Of a stretch of DNA of 24,496 nucleotides, positions 1 to 8,878 are shown piece after piece (the stretch's first letter is position 1; each line of letters begins with the position of its first letter). This stretch comes from a virus. Lineage: Duplodnaviria > Caudoviricetes. The DNA lies in the IMG/VR virus record IMGVR_UViG_3300047505_000001, positions 1 through 24,496 of that record. One strand, written 5' to 3'. Both the position numbers and the translations under genes were made by a program. The notes under the pieces are model-generated. The model saw only the letters and a list, made by a program, of their open reading frames with translations. It did no database searches and was not told where the DNA came from.

Positions 1-284
1 TTATCATATCTACTAGTAGCCTTCTTTAAACTTTTGTCATATCTTTCCGATGCTAATGATAATTCCTCATTTTCACTTTTTAAGATATCAAGATTTTCAT
101 TAATTGAATTGATTTCATCTTGATATCCAGAATATTCAGTCTCTACAACATAAGGTAGTAACTTTTCGTTTTTATCAATAATGATTGTTAAAGTTTCAAT
201 ATCTCTATTAAAAATCACTTTTTCATAAAGAACACCACCAATTTTTATATCTTTATTTTTTAATTCTTCTTTAATTTTATACAT
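1..284 (-). CDS. Hypothetical protein, 3'-partial (runs off the window)
   Basis: ATG at 284 after an AT-rich leader; 94 open codons (MYKIKEELKNKDIKIGGVLYEK...ATSRYD) to the window edge. Not in the ORF track because no stop is reached. Confidence 0.7.
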   Translation of the reverse strand, partial: MYKIKEELKNKDIKIGGVLYEKVIFNRDIETLTIIIDKNEKLLPYVVETEYSGYQDEINSINENLDILKSENEELSLASERYDKSLKKATSRYD

Positions 285-303
285 AATTAAAATTAATTTA
301 TAT

Positions 304-335
304 AAAAAAAGGCACCATATAGATGCCTCTTTTTT
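304..335 (-). terminator. Intrinsic terminator after the tail tube gene
   Basis: Minus strand reads AGGCATC-TATAT-GGTGCCT (7-bp stem with one G.U pair) followed by a T run. A T run on the plus side suggests it could be bidirectional. Confidence 0.8.
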
Positions 336-348
336 AAGTCCACTTCTA

Positions 349-882
349 TTAGATTATAGAAGCGATGATAGTCGGGTCGACTTGGTACATTTGAATAGCT
401 TCCATTGCTGTTGCAGTTATCGTGTATCCGTTAGCATCAGCTTTTCCAGTTCCTGAACCGCCATCAATTGCTGATACATAAGAACCTTCATCTAACCCTG
501 AGAACCAATACAGCCCATTGCTATCTAAAGCTATGATACATAGAGCTTTCTGTGATGCAGTTAATTGCTCAATTGCATTTCTTTTGATAGTTTCTCTTCT
601 TGAAAGAACTACTGTTACAATTTGATTAAAGAATGTTGTTCCTGCCTTTAAATCAATCGCTACAGTCTCAACGAAGTTACATACGTTTTTATTTGTTTGG
701 AATTCGTAGAATAACGCTGGACCAGCCATAGTTATACCAGTAATCCAATCACCACCTGTACCAGCACCAATTGTATAAGAAGATACATTTTCAAAATCAG
801 TAATGTATATCTTATTCAATCCACCTGCGTTAGTATCACATGATTTATTCAATCCTGTTGTTAAAGCATTACATATTGCCAT
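349..882 (-). CDS. Major tail (tube) protein, putative
   Basis: 177 aa. N-terminal C-x-LT-x-G...C...GG, D-x-NG-x-YW-x-x-G and C-terminal G-x-G-x-x-x-x-D-x-NGYTIT motifs that I associate with Bacteroidota siphophage tube proteins; directly follows the capsid gene. Confidence 0.7.
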   Translation of the reverse strand: MAICNALTTGLNKSCDTNAGGLNKIYITDFENVSSYTIGAGTGGDWITGITMAGPALFYEFQTNKNVCNFVETVAIDLKAGTTFFNQIVTVVLSRRETIKRNAIEQLTASQKALCIIALDSNGLYWFSGLDEGSYVSAIDGGSGTGKADANGYTITATAMEAIQMYQVDPTIIASII

Positions 883-904
883 AATAATTTATTTTTAGTT
901 TTAT

Positions 905-933
905 TAAACCCCCTCAACTAAGAAGGGGGTTTA
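905..933. terminator. Strong hairpin between the capsid and tail tube genes (partial terminator or mRNA stabiliser)
   Basis: Perfect 10-bp inverted repeat TAAACCCCCT (905-914) / AGGGGGTTTA (924-933). Only a short U tract follows on the minus strand. Confidence 0.6.
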
Positions 934-945
934 TATTAATTTTAT

Positions 946-1881
946 TTAGTGATAGAAAACTACTTCTGAACCAAAGATATATCCTTGTCCGATTTTAAAT
1001 TCTCCTATTAGTCTAACCACGGGAACCCCAGTTACGGATTTTTGAGGTAAAATTTGAATATCTTCAAAATCACTCAATAAATCTGTTAAAAGAACTAAGT
1101 TAGATAATTTTGAAGCAACAATCATATTATCAGGCAATCCTTTAACTTCAACCATTCTTACATTTAAGAAAGAAAGTTCAGTATAGTTTTGCATGAAGTA
1201 TGCCTCAGCAGATGCAGCAGCTAATGCTTGTCTGTAAAATCTAAAAGCAGTTGATGGAACCATAATTCTCATATCATCAGCATCTAACAATTGTGGTAAA
1301 ATAGCATCATAAACTCTTCCAAGTTCAGCGATGATATTTGTAGCATCTAAAACAATACCAACAACATCAACAACTGTTGCGTCATTCTCTAATTGAAGGA
1401 TGATACCATCTTGAGCACCAGCGATGTTATTTGGATAGAAAGGGAAACCTGGGTGGTTTGATTTCCATACCATTTGTTCTGTATCAGCAGATACTTTTTT
1501 AGCAACTTGGTCTAACAAGAAACTTTCAACTGTTGGAGGTACAATCTCGTCAGAGTTAGAACCTGGTCTTAACAATAAAGATAAGTAGTTAACTTCGAAA
1601 GTTCTTTGACAATATTCTAAATTGATTTTGATAGGTGATACTTCGAAAGATTTTTGATTTAATGTTGTATCTCCATTTGAGGAAAATGAACAATCGGCAT
1701 CATTAAGTATATCTCCGATTTGTAATTCTCCCAATTTTATTTTTGATTTAACGTTAGGTATTAATTTGAACAAATTTTTTGATGTTCCTGTTAAAAGTGC
1801 CTCTGCGTAAAATCCCTCAGCATCAATACCAGTAAAAGTAGTATTGTCTACGAAATTTAATTTGAAATCATTTTTTTTCAT
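946..1881 (-). CDS. Major capsid protein (HK97-like fold); start revised to ATG 1881
   Basis: About 311 aa; follows protease/scaffold; motifs IPNVKSK, ADCSF, INLEYC, DGII-x-x-L and GSEVVFY. The upstream in-frame ATG at 1911 abuts a promoter motif, and its KNKNKNK translation looks like an A-rich leader. Confidence 0.85.
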   Translation of the reverse strand: MKKNDFKLNFVDNTTFTGIDAEGFYAEALLTGTSKNLFKLIPNVKSKIKLGELQIGDILNDADCSFSSNGDTTLNQKSFEVSPIKINLEYCQRTFEVNYLSLLLRPGSNSDEIVPPTVESFLLDQVAKKVSADTEQMVWKSNHPGFPFYPNNIAGAQDGIILQLENDATVVDVVGIVLDATNIIAELGRVYDAILPQLLDADDMRIMVPSTAFRFYRQALAAASAEAYFMQNYTELSFLNVRMVEVKGLPDNMIVASKLSNLVLLTDLLSDFEDIQILPQKSVTGVPVVRLIGEFKIGQGYIFGSEVVFYH

Positions 1882-1911
1882 AATTTTATTTTTGTTTTTA
1901 TTTTTATACAT

Positions 1912-1936
1912 TAAGTATAATAGTTAATTAATTTGT
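1912..1936 (-). promoter_or_regulatory. Putative late promoter ACAAA-N12-TATACTTA (capsid)
   Basis: One of seven identically spaced copies upstream of genes. Confidence 0.65.
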
Positions 1937-1971
1937 ATATTATATTTATACAATCTCATTAAGAATGAGTA

Positions 1972-2484
1972 TTATTTCTTTTTGAAGAAACTAATCTTTT
2001 CAAGAATAATATCATTTTGTACTTGTTTTTTAATCTCACTATCAGTTTTTTTAGTTACTGATGGAGCACCAGCAGATAAAGATAATTTTTCTAATTTAGC
2101 TTCAAGTTCAACAATTCTATAGTTTTCAGTTGATGTTGTCTCTTCTTCAATAGTTTCAACATTTTCTAATTTGTCTAATCTTGATGATAGTTCAGCAATA
2201 ACGCCTCTTAACTCTTCAATAAGTGGTTGTACAACCTCTAATAATCCTGTTGTGTCAGGTGTGATTGCCATGTCACCAGGGTTTGTAGCAGCGTCAGCAG
2301 CAGCCTCTTCAGGTGTTGAAACCTCAGCAACTTTACCAGCAATAACATTGATTTCGGTACCATCTTCAAGTGTGTAATCACCTTCAGCTGGAGTTTCAGT
2401 TCCATCAATAGCAACAACTACTAAATCAGCACCAATAGTAATATCTCCTTTAAGAATAGTACCATCCATTGTTTTGTAATCCAT
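1972..2484 (-). CDS. Putative nested in-frame scaffold protein (170 aa, MDYKT...)
   Basis: Internal ATG preceded by ATAAAAACAAAAACATAAAACTT, closely resembling the capsid leader ATAAAAACAAAAATAAAATT; lies at the protease/scaffold boundary. Confidence 0.55.
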   Translation of the reverse strand: MDYKTMDGTILKGDITIGADLVVVAIDGTETPAEGDYTLEDGTEINVIAGKVAEVSTPEEAAADAATNPGDMAITPDTTGLLEVVQPLIEELRGVIAELSSRLDKLENVETIEEETTSTENYRIVELEAKLEKLSLSAGAPSVTKKTDSEIKKQVQNDIILEKISFFKKK

Positions 2485-3045
2485 AAGTTTTATGTTTTTG
2501 TTTTTATCTTCTACAATAGAAGTCATTTTTATAAGTTCAACATCAGCCTTAACTTCGATTGAAAATCCTTTTACTTTATCAGTTTTAACTTCATTCATCC
2601 AAAACTCTTCATCCTTCACCTTAACACCAGCGAACCATGTTCCTTCTGGGAGGTCAAATCCATAATCTTGTGATTTATCATTTTTACCAGTAATCCAGTT
2701 TTGTAATAAAACAGCATTTACTCCTTTATCACTATGTTGAAAGTTAAATATATCATTGATTTTATTTTCATTATATTTATCAGCAATGATTTGGATTGTT
2801 TCAGCATCGAACATTATGTTAAATAATTCACCATCTGCCGCCTTTCTTAGAATAAGTTTATTTGGTATTAAAAGAGGTCCAAACAACATTTGTTTATCTT
2901 TGTTTGCTGAAAAGAAAAACTCTTCAACTTTTCCTAATTTAATCCAATCTACTTCGATTGCTGGTTGGTCAACAAGTGACACCGCATAAACACCAGTCAA
3001 ATCATCATCAGCATTTACTATAACTCTGTAAGTTTTTAATTCCAT
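1972..3045 (-). CDS. Prohead serine protease (XkdF-like) fused to scaffold domain
   Basis: N-half has SLVDQPAIE, GPLLIPNKLI-x-R, NFQH, LPEGTWF and VKGFSIE motifs. C-half is acidic (PAEGDYTLEDGT) with a coiled coil. Directly upstream of the capsid gene. Confidence 0.85.
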   Translation of the reverse strand: MELKTYRVIVNADDDLTGVYAVSLVDQPAIEVDWIKLGKVEEFFFSANKDKQMLFGPLLIPNKLILRKAADGELFNIMFDAETIQIIADKYNENKINDIFNFQHSDKGVNAVLLQNWITGKNDKSQDYGFDLPEGTWFAGVKVKDEEFWMNEVKTDKVKGFSIEVKADVELIKMTSIVEDKNKNIKLMDYKTMDGTILKGDITIGADLVVVAIDGTETPAEGDYTLEDGTEINVIAGKVAEVSTPEEAAADAATNPGDMAITPDTTGLLEVVQPLIEELRGVIAELSSRLDKLENVETIEEETTSTENYRIVELEAKLEKLSLSAGAPSVTKKTDSEIKKQVQNDIILEKISFFKKK

Positions 3046-3049
3046 AATA

Positions 3050-3074
3050 TAAATATATTTTTTGTATTTTTTGT
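3050..3074 (-). promoter_or_regulatory. Putative late promoter ACAAA-N12-TATATTTA (protease/scaffold)
   Basis: Motif copy ending 4 nt before the ATG. Confidence 0.65.
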
Positions 3075-3077
3075 ATA

Positions 3078-5936
3078 TTAAAAGGATGTTCTCCTCTTTA
3101 GTTTATCTGCTCTATTTTGTGAATTTGTAATCGTAACCTCTTTAACATAAGTCTCAACTGGTCTATTATTTAATTCATTTATAGCATTTATTATACCTTC
3201 ACTATCCATTACTGATGAAGATGATGTTGTTGATGGATTAAATATATTATTCTTAGTATGTGGTATAGCAACTCCACCACCTGCTTGATTTATAGCACTT
3301 AACATTGGTGCGAACATCGAAGTTGATTTAGCATTTATAACACTTTCACCATTTGATAATCTAGCATTTATACTATCACTAGTTCCAGTACCAGGTCCAT
3401 TAACTAAACCACCCGTCGCATATGTTGGTATATATTTTTTAGATAAAACTGCAGCTTCTTCAATAGCACCAATTGCTATATTTATTGCTGTAAAAGGCAT
3501 ACCACCTGTCAAAGGGAAGGCAGCAACTGAACTCATAACAGCCAATGCCGTTTTAATAGCTATATTAGCAGCATCATTTATCTTTTGAGCATTAAATTGT
3601 TTCTTTTTAATCTTATCCTCTTCAATTTGTCTTTTTCTTTCAGCATTTATCTTTTGTTCAGCAAATCCTTGTTCAGCATCATATTGTGCTTGTTGTAAGG
3701 TTGTTCTATTAGCTTGTGCGTTTTCATAAGCTTGTTGTTCAGCATCTATAAGAGCAATTTTAGCATCATATTCCTTTTGATTAGCTTTGCTTCTTTGGTC
3801 CATCGCATTATTAAATATAGATAAAGCTGCTGCTTGTAATGTTGCTTCTAATTCAACATAAGCTTGAACTTTCATTTCTGCCTTTTTCTTTTCCTCAGCA
3901 AGTACTGCTTCATCATGTTCCTTAATCAAAGCATCAATTTTAGCATTAGCTTTAACCTGTTCCTCAGCCAGTTTTATATTCTTATCTTTTTCAATTTCTA
4001 CTATTTCTTCAGCCGTTTTTGTAGCTGATGATTTAACTGCATCTGCTTGTTTCTCTATATTTGGCATATTTTGAGGGTCAGTTCTTAACTCAACTAATAT
4101 ATCAAAAGCTCCTGTTGAATTCTTTGCGAACTCATCTTGAATAATCTTTACATCATCAACTAATTTTTGTGTTGATTTTAAGTATTCTTCAGCACTTATT
4201 TCAGCATTCTTATATTTTTCATTTAATATGGATTGTTCATAAGTAGCATTATCTTTAACAACTTTTAAATAATCTGTACCAAGGTATTTCTCTGATAATT
4301 CATTATGTTTTTTAGCATAGTCTTCTTGAATTCTCATTCTACTTGTCATAGCTCTATTATCTTCAGCAATAACATCCGCATTATGATTTACAAGACTATC
4401 TATTTCAAGTTGTTGAGCTTCATATCCAGCATTTTTCTTATCAGTAATATATTTACCAGTTTTTTTAAGTTTATCAATTTCACCCTCTTCTACTAAAGCT
4501 ACTATCTGAGTTAAATTATCTTCAACTTTATTAAGTTCATCTTTCTCTTGTTTTCTTAATAAAGCACTTTCCTTTTCAAACCCATCCTCCATTAAATTTA
4601 TACGGATTTCCTCAGCATCAGTTATACCTTTTAATCTTAACTCTTCGATTTTAGCAGCTCTTTCAGTAGCTCTTAAATTGGCTTCTTCAATTGCTTTATT
4701 TTTATCTACATTACTCTTAACAATCTTTTTATCATTGGTTACTATAGTTTCAGCAGTATGTAATCCTGAAGCATTTATTTTTTCATTAGCATCTAAAGTG
4801 GCTGTTGTATATCCAACAAGCCTTTCTTCGGCCGCTCTTAAATCATTCCTTAATTTAACCAATCTTGCATCTCTATCAAAGTCTATATAGGCATTATTAT
4901 TAGCCCATATTCTATCTTTAGCATATTGCTTTTCCTCAGCAGCTATTTTTGCATTCAAATCTCTCTGTATAGTTAAATTTGCATTTATTGTGGTCTCTAA
5001 ACTTTGAACTTTGAATTTTAACTTTAACATTGCTATATAATCTTCGACTGAACCAGATACCGCGGCTTGGAATTCCTTTTCGTCTTTTAGATTTTTTAAG
5101 GTTGTGCCATATGTACCATTTATCTCTTTGATTAATTTTAATCTTTCAGCCGAGCCTGGATTTGTTTTCTTTAATTGCTCAGTTAATAAATAATAGCCAG
5201 TTAATTCTTTTGATAAATAATTATTTTGTTTATCATGTTCCTCTTTTTGTTTCTTTAATAATTCTACAGATTTCTTCTTTTCCTCATTGGCTTTCTTTTC
5301 TGCTTCAGCTGCCTTACTTGATGAGTTACTCCACAAAGTTAAAGCAGCAACACCAGCAACTATTAAAGTAATTAATATACCAATTGGATTTGCCTTCATA
5401 GCAAGGTTTAAAGCTCTTTGAGCAATTGTTGCAGTTCCAGCAGCAGCCGCTTCAGCAGCCTCAGCAACAGCCTGTTCAGATGTTAAAAATATAGCAACTT
5501 TTCTAGTAGCATTTTGAATACCTAACATAGCCGCACTTTCCTTCTGAAGAACTATTCCAATTTGTTCCATACCCTGCATTACAGCCATTATAGCTTGTAA
5601 TCTAACCATGCTTTCTTGAAGTTTCTTATTCTCACCACCAAAAATGGCTGCTGCACCACTCGCAACTCCAAATCCAGCCGCAATACCTTGACCTATACCA
5701 GATATAGCTTTTATATTCTTTAAGTCATCACCAAGATATTTAGTAGTAGCACTTAAATCACCAATCTTATCTTGTAATTGACCAGCAGCAGTAGCAACTC
5801 TTGTAAAGGCAGCAGTTCCTTCTGTTAAATTCAATGCCTCACTCTTTAAGTCTCGAAGTGCCTTCTTTGTTTCTTGAATTGTTTTAGCGGATTGTGCCGC
5901 GTTGATTAATAAATCAATCTTTATATTTTCTGCCAT
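3078..5936 (-). CDS. Tail tape measure protein
   Basis: 952 aa, Ala/Lys/Glu-rich and helical; hydrophobic NPIGILITLIVAGVAAL segment; C-terminal YATGGLVNGPGTGTSDSINARLSNGESV motif typical of tape measure proteins. Confidence 0.9.
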   Translation of the reverse strand: MAENIKIDLLINAAQSAKTIQETKKALRDLKSEALNLTEGTAAFTRVATAAGQLQDKIGDLSATTKYLGDDLKNIKAISGIGQGIAAGFGVASGAAAIFGGENKKLQESMVRLQAIMAVMQGMEQIGIVLQKESAAMLGIQNATRKVAIFLTSEQAVAEAAEAAAAGTATIAQRALNLAMKANPIGILITLIVAGVAALTLWSNSSSKAAEAEKKANEEKKKSVELLKKQKEEHDKQNNYLSKELTGYYLLTEQLKKTNPGSAERLKLIKEINGTYGTTLKNLKDEKEFQAAVSGSVEDYIAMLKLKFKVQSLETTINANLTIQRDLNAKIAAEEKQYAKDRIWANNNAYIDFDRDARLVKLRNDLRAAEERLVGYTTATLDANEKINASGLHTAETIVTNDKKIVKSNVDKNKAIEEANLRATERAAKIEELRLKGITDAEEIRINLMEDGFEKESALLRKQEKDELNKVEDNLTQIVALVEEGEIDKLKKTGKYITDKKNAGYEAQQLEIDSLVNHNADVIAEDNRAMTSRMRIQEDYAKKHNELSEKYLGTDYLKVVKDNATYEQSILNEKYKNAEISAEEYLKSTQKLVDDVKIIQDEFAKNSTGAFDILVELRTDPQNMPNIEKQADAVKSSATKTAEEIVEIEKDKNIKLAEEQVKANAKIDALIKEHDEAVLAEEKKKAEMKVQAYVELEATLQAAALSIFNNAMDQRSKANQKEYDAKIALIDAEQQAYENAQANRTTLQQAQYDAEQGFAEQKINAERKRQIEEDKIKKKQFNAQKINDAANIAIKTALAVMSSVAAFPLTGGMPFTAINIAIGAIEEAAVLSKKYIPTYATGGLVNGPGTGTSDSINARLSNGESVINAKSTSMFAPMLSAINQAGGGVAIPHTKNNIFNPSTTSSSSVMDSEGIINAINELNNRPVETYVKEVTITNSQNRADKLKRRTSF

Positions 5937-5956
5937 CTAGTTGCTTCTCTTTTTAT

Positions 5957-5981
5957 TAAATATATTTATTTATGATTTTGT
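5957..5981 (-). promoter_or_regulatory. Putative late promoter ACAAA-N12-TATATTTA (tape measure)
   Basis: Motif copy ending 20 nt before the ATG. Confidence 0.65.
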
Positions 5982-5983
5982 TT

Positions 5984-6181
5984 TTATATAGGGACTATGT
6001 TGAATAGATAAGTCAATCCTCCTTCCCAATAGTATATTCTCATCTCATCTGATGTGTCTAAAGGGTCTATTGTATAGTAAGGATTTACATCACCTTTATA
6101 TACACTTATAACCTGTGGGTCTAGTAGAATACCTTCTATAAACTCTAACCTCTGTGTTGTTCTATCAAAATTTGTTTCCAT
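5984..6181 (-). CDS. Small hypothetical protein (65 aa)
   Basis: Fills the gap in the co-directional operon; overlaps the upstream gene by 17 nt. Confidence 0.6.
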   Translation of the reverse strand: METNFDRTTQRLEFIEGILLDPQVISVYKGDVNPYYTIDPLDTSDEMRIYYWEGGLTYLFNIVPI

Positions 6182-7076
6182 AATACCATCTAAAATAGTT
6201 TTCTAATCTTATTTGTTCACTTTCATTCATCCATTGTTCTGTGATAAAACCCATAGCCAATCTATTACCTGAATTACCATATACACTTGAGTTCCCAAAT
6301 AAAATATAGTTATTTAACCAAGTCAATCCTGCTGGTGTTGCTCCAAATGATGTGATAGTATCACTAACAACACTTCTACATCTTTTACCATTTATGAATA
6401 TATCTATACAACTACCAAGCCCTTGTGGATTATACAATCTTGCCTTAACCGTTATCAAAACCCAGTTGTTTTTCATAGTAGCATCAACTGCTCTATATTG
6501 TAATTTCTCTGTTGTTGGATTTCCTACGAAAAAAACATCTATATTATTTCCATCATATTCAACACTTAAATCACCAACTGTCTCGACAAATACCGGGTCA
6601 CTACTTCCATCTTTTTTCCAGAAAAGGACACTTCTACCAACCGAATTTAGTTCGCAAACCATCATTAAAGTCATCTCGGATGTATTAGTCATACTTGGTG
6701 AACTATCATTCTGTCTACCAAATACCGTAGTCGATGTATTAAATGATAGTGATGACTTATTATTAAAAACATCACCTGTATTTTTATTTATTGTACCTAA
6801 TGTAGTAAAGTATGATTTAGTTGATTGAGTTAGTGGATTATATGTATTTAATAAATTTGGCACATCTATTACAGAAGAACCAGATAAAGTAACATTATCA
6901 GCGTTCCAATAGTGAAACGGACAATCATTTATAGCAGTTGATATTACAACTGGGTCTTGCATCTTTCTTTTACTAAGATGACTATTACCACCACTTCTTT
7001 TTCCATTCAACATATTTGAAAGAGCCATACCACTCTTTACACCCTGTTGACTACCATTTATTAAACCACTATTCAT
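6165..7076 (-). CDS. Concanavalin A/LamG-like domain virion protein (putative receptor-binding); start probably ATG 7076
   Basis: HYWNAD...SLSF...DIFING...EQIRLENYFRWYYG pattern of LamG-like jelly rolls. ATG 7076 overlaps the end of the upstream gene by 8 nt (ATGAATAG); the ORF track starts at 7097. Confidence 0.6.
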   Translation of the reverse strand: MNSGLINGSQQGVKSGMALSNMLNGKRSGGNSHLSKRKMQDPVVISTAINDCPFHYWNADNVTLSGSSVIDVPNLLNTYNPLTQSTKSYFTTLGTINKNTGDVFNNKSSLSFNTSTTVFGRQNDSSPSMTNTSEMTLMMVCELNSVGRSVLFWKKDGSSDPVFVETVGDLSVEYDGNNIDVFFVGNPTTEKLQYRAVDATMKNNWVLITVKARLYNPQGLGSCIDIFINGKRCRSVVSDTITSFGATPAGLTWLNNYILFGNSSVYGNSGNRLAMGFITEQWMNESEQIRLENYFRWYYGNKF

Positions 7077-7530
7077 AAGTTTCTCCGAATGATACAAAGT
7101 TTAAAACGGCAGCACCAGTAAGTGTCGTACCATAAGATGCTTTTAATGAGTGTCCAGTTGGTATGTTAAAATAAGGAACTCCATTAGCATCTTTTTGTTT
7201 TTGGAATATACTAGCACCATTGGATGAACCGAATAAATCAACAGCTGGTGCTGCCGTCGTATTACCAGAGTTTAATGGTATATTTACTTGATAAAGTTGT
7301 CTATTAAAAGAAGCATTGGATAACCATATTGTTACGGTCTCTGCTGTTCCAAATGTTGAAGTACAGTTTATTCCATATAATCTTCTATCATATGATACTG
7401 TTCCACCCAATATATCATAATTAGTATTTGGTGATGATGGTTGATAACCTGATGCTGTGGCTGCTGATGCGGTCGCCATAGATACTGTATTTATGAAACT
7501 ATTACTAGTAAATGTTAAACTTGTTGCCAT
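7069..7530 (-). CDS. Small beta-rich virion/fibre-associated protein
   Basis: 153 aa, Ser/Thr/Gly-rich with alternating hydrophobic strands, inside the fibre cassette. Confidence 0.55.
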   Translation of the reverse strand: MATSLTFTSNSFINTVSMATASAATASGYQPSSPNTNYDILGGTVSYDRRLYGINCTSTFGTAETVTIWLSNASFNRQLYQVNIPLNSGNTTAAPAVDLFGSSNGASIFQKQKDANGVPYFNIPTGHSLKASYGTTLTGAAVLNFVSFGETYE

Positions 7531-7554
7531 ATTGTTATTTTTTTATTTTAGTGA

Positions 7555-7580
7555 ACTCTCTTGAACTTTGTTCATAGAGT
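7555..7580. other. Intergenic hairpin
   Basis: ACTCT-CT-TGAAC-TTT-GTTCA-T-AGAGT; no U tract. Confidence 0.35.
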
Positions 7581-7590
7581 ATATATTAAG

Positions 7591-8682
7591 TTATGTATTC
7601 GCTGCTAAAAATAGAAGCGTTGAGTTTGATACTAATGAATTATTACTTGCTGATGAACCTGATGTACCACTTGTTCCAGTATTACCGGAACTACCAGATG
7701 AACCTGATGAACCTGATGTACCACTTGTTCCAGTATTACCAGAACTACCTGAACTACCAGATGAACCTGATGAACCTGAAGTACCAGATGTTCCACCAAT
7801 AACTCCTACTGATGTCGTAACGAATGAATAGTATTGTGTTCCTTGTGTATAATATTTTATCACATGTGATGTACTATCATTATTTGTCAGCCATATTTTT
7901 ACTATCATTCTATTTGTTGGGTCTATACCTGTTGTTGGTAGGACTAAATCGACATATGTTTCTGCTGGTGTCACAGCATCTACCCACGAAATCAGATTTG
8001 CACCTGTAGATATAGTTGGTCCTATTGGTGTTCCACTACTATCTGATAATCGTATCGTACAATATAGTTCTATGTGGTCATTCTCTGCTGGCTTCAATAC
8101 ATGAATATGAAACCTTTGAGTTCCACTTGGTATGATTGCGAACCCTAGTTGTTCTGTTATATAACTCGATACTAAATGATTGGCTTCATGTCCAGTCAAT
8201 GTCTGTGTCAATATAACTCCTCCATTTGGTAATGGTTCTGTACTTAATACTCTATATGGAGCTATAGATGATGTCATACTTTGATTAAAATAGTATGTTT
8301 GTCCTGCTGATATACCAGAAGGTCCTGTTGAACCAGTTGCTCCTATTAAACCTGAAGTTCCTGAAGAACCTGAAGTACCAGAAGAACCTGATATTCCTGA
8401 ACTACCAGAAGAACCTGAAGTACCAGAAGAACCTGATATTCCTGAACTACCAGAAGAACCTGAAGAACCTGAAGAACCTGATATTCCTGAAGAACCTGAC
8501 GTACCAGCACCTCCACCACCAGCCGTACCACCAATATAGGTTGTATCGGATAGAACCATATTATATTGTTGTCGTGATTGGTCCCAAGTTGAATATGAAA
8601 AACTCATAACCTTTAATTGGCCTGATGTTCCATCATAGTCTAAAATATATCTATTGGTATCATCTCTTACGATTAAACTCAT
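7591..8682 (-). CDS. Fibre-like protein with two Gly-Ser/Thr-Ser (collagen-like G-X-Y) tracts
   Basis: 363 aa; two GSS/GTS tracts flank a central beta-rich domain of roughly 170 aa. Confidence 0.7.
   Translation of the reverse strand: MSLIVRDDTNRYILDYDGTSGQLKVMSFSYSTWDQSRQQYNMVLSDTTYIGGTAGGGGAGTSGSSGISGSSGSSGSSGSSGISGSSGTSGSSGSSGISGSSGTSGSSGTSGLIGATGSTGPSGISAGQTYYFNQSMTSSIAPYRVLSTEPLPNGGVILTQTLTGHEANHLVSSYITEQLGFAIIPSGTQRFHIHVLKPAENDHIELYCTIRLSDSSGTPIGPTISTGANLISWVDAVTPAETYVDLVLPTTGIDPTNRMIVKIWLTNNDSTSHVIKYYTQGTQYYSFVTTSVGVIGGTSGTSGSSGSSGSSGSSGNTGTSGTSGSSGSSGSSGNTGTSGTSGSSASNNSLVSNSTLLFLAANT
7650..7797. repeat. Coding tandem repeat, 9-nt units with a 54-nt higher-order duplication
   Basis: CTGATGAACCTGATGTACCACTTGTTCCAGTATTACC(G/A)GAACTACC at 7650 and 7704. 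Confidence 0.9.
8351..8510. repeat. Coding tandem repeat, 9-nt units with a perfect 45-nt duplication
   Basis: GAAGAACCTGAAGTACCAGAAGAACCTGATATTCCTGAACTACCA at 8363 and 8408. Confidence 0.9.
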
Positions 8683-8683
8683 T

Positions 8684-8860
8684 TTATAAGTTATTTTTTA
8701 AATCTTGTATCTCTTTATACATTTTAAGAAGTTCTGCTTCTTTTTGAGCTATCTCTTCTTCTGGTGTTAGTATATCTACCTCAACCTCTTCAACTGATAC
8801 TAAAATAGTAGTTCCGTCTTCTTGTTTTACCCAAGTTTCATTTCTATCAATCCTTTTCAT
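8684..8860 (-). CDS. Small acidic coiled-coil protein (58 aa), possible fibre chaperone; absent from the ORF track
   Basis: MKRIDRNETWVKQEDGTTILVSVEEVEVDILTPEEEIAQKEAELLKMYKEIQDLKNNL*; A-rich leader; stop lies 1 nt before the next ATG. Confidence 0.8.
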   Translation of the reverse strand: MKRIDRNETWVKQEDGTTILVSVEEVEVDILTPEEEIAQKEAELLKMYKEIQDLKNNL

Positions 8861-8878
8861 ATTAAATTATTTTTATTT

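Noticed and set aside
1882-1911. N-terminal extension MYKNKNKNKI of the capsid ORF
   Set aside because: ATG 1911 directly abuts the promoter box, and the segment looks like an A-rich untranslated leader.
1933-1969. Short palindromes TTGTATA/TATACAA and CTCATT/AATGAG upstream of the capsid gene
   Set aside because: Weak AT-rich stems, not seen at the other promoter copies; cannot be distinguished from chance.
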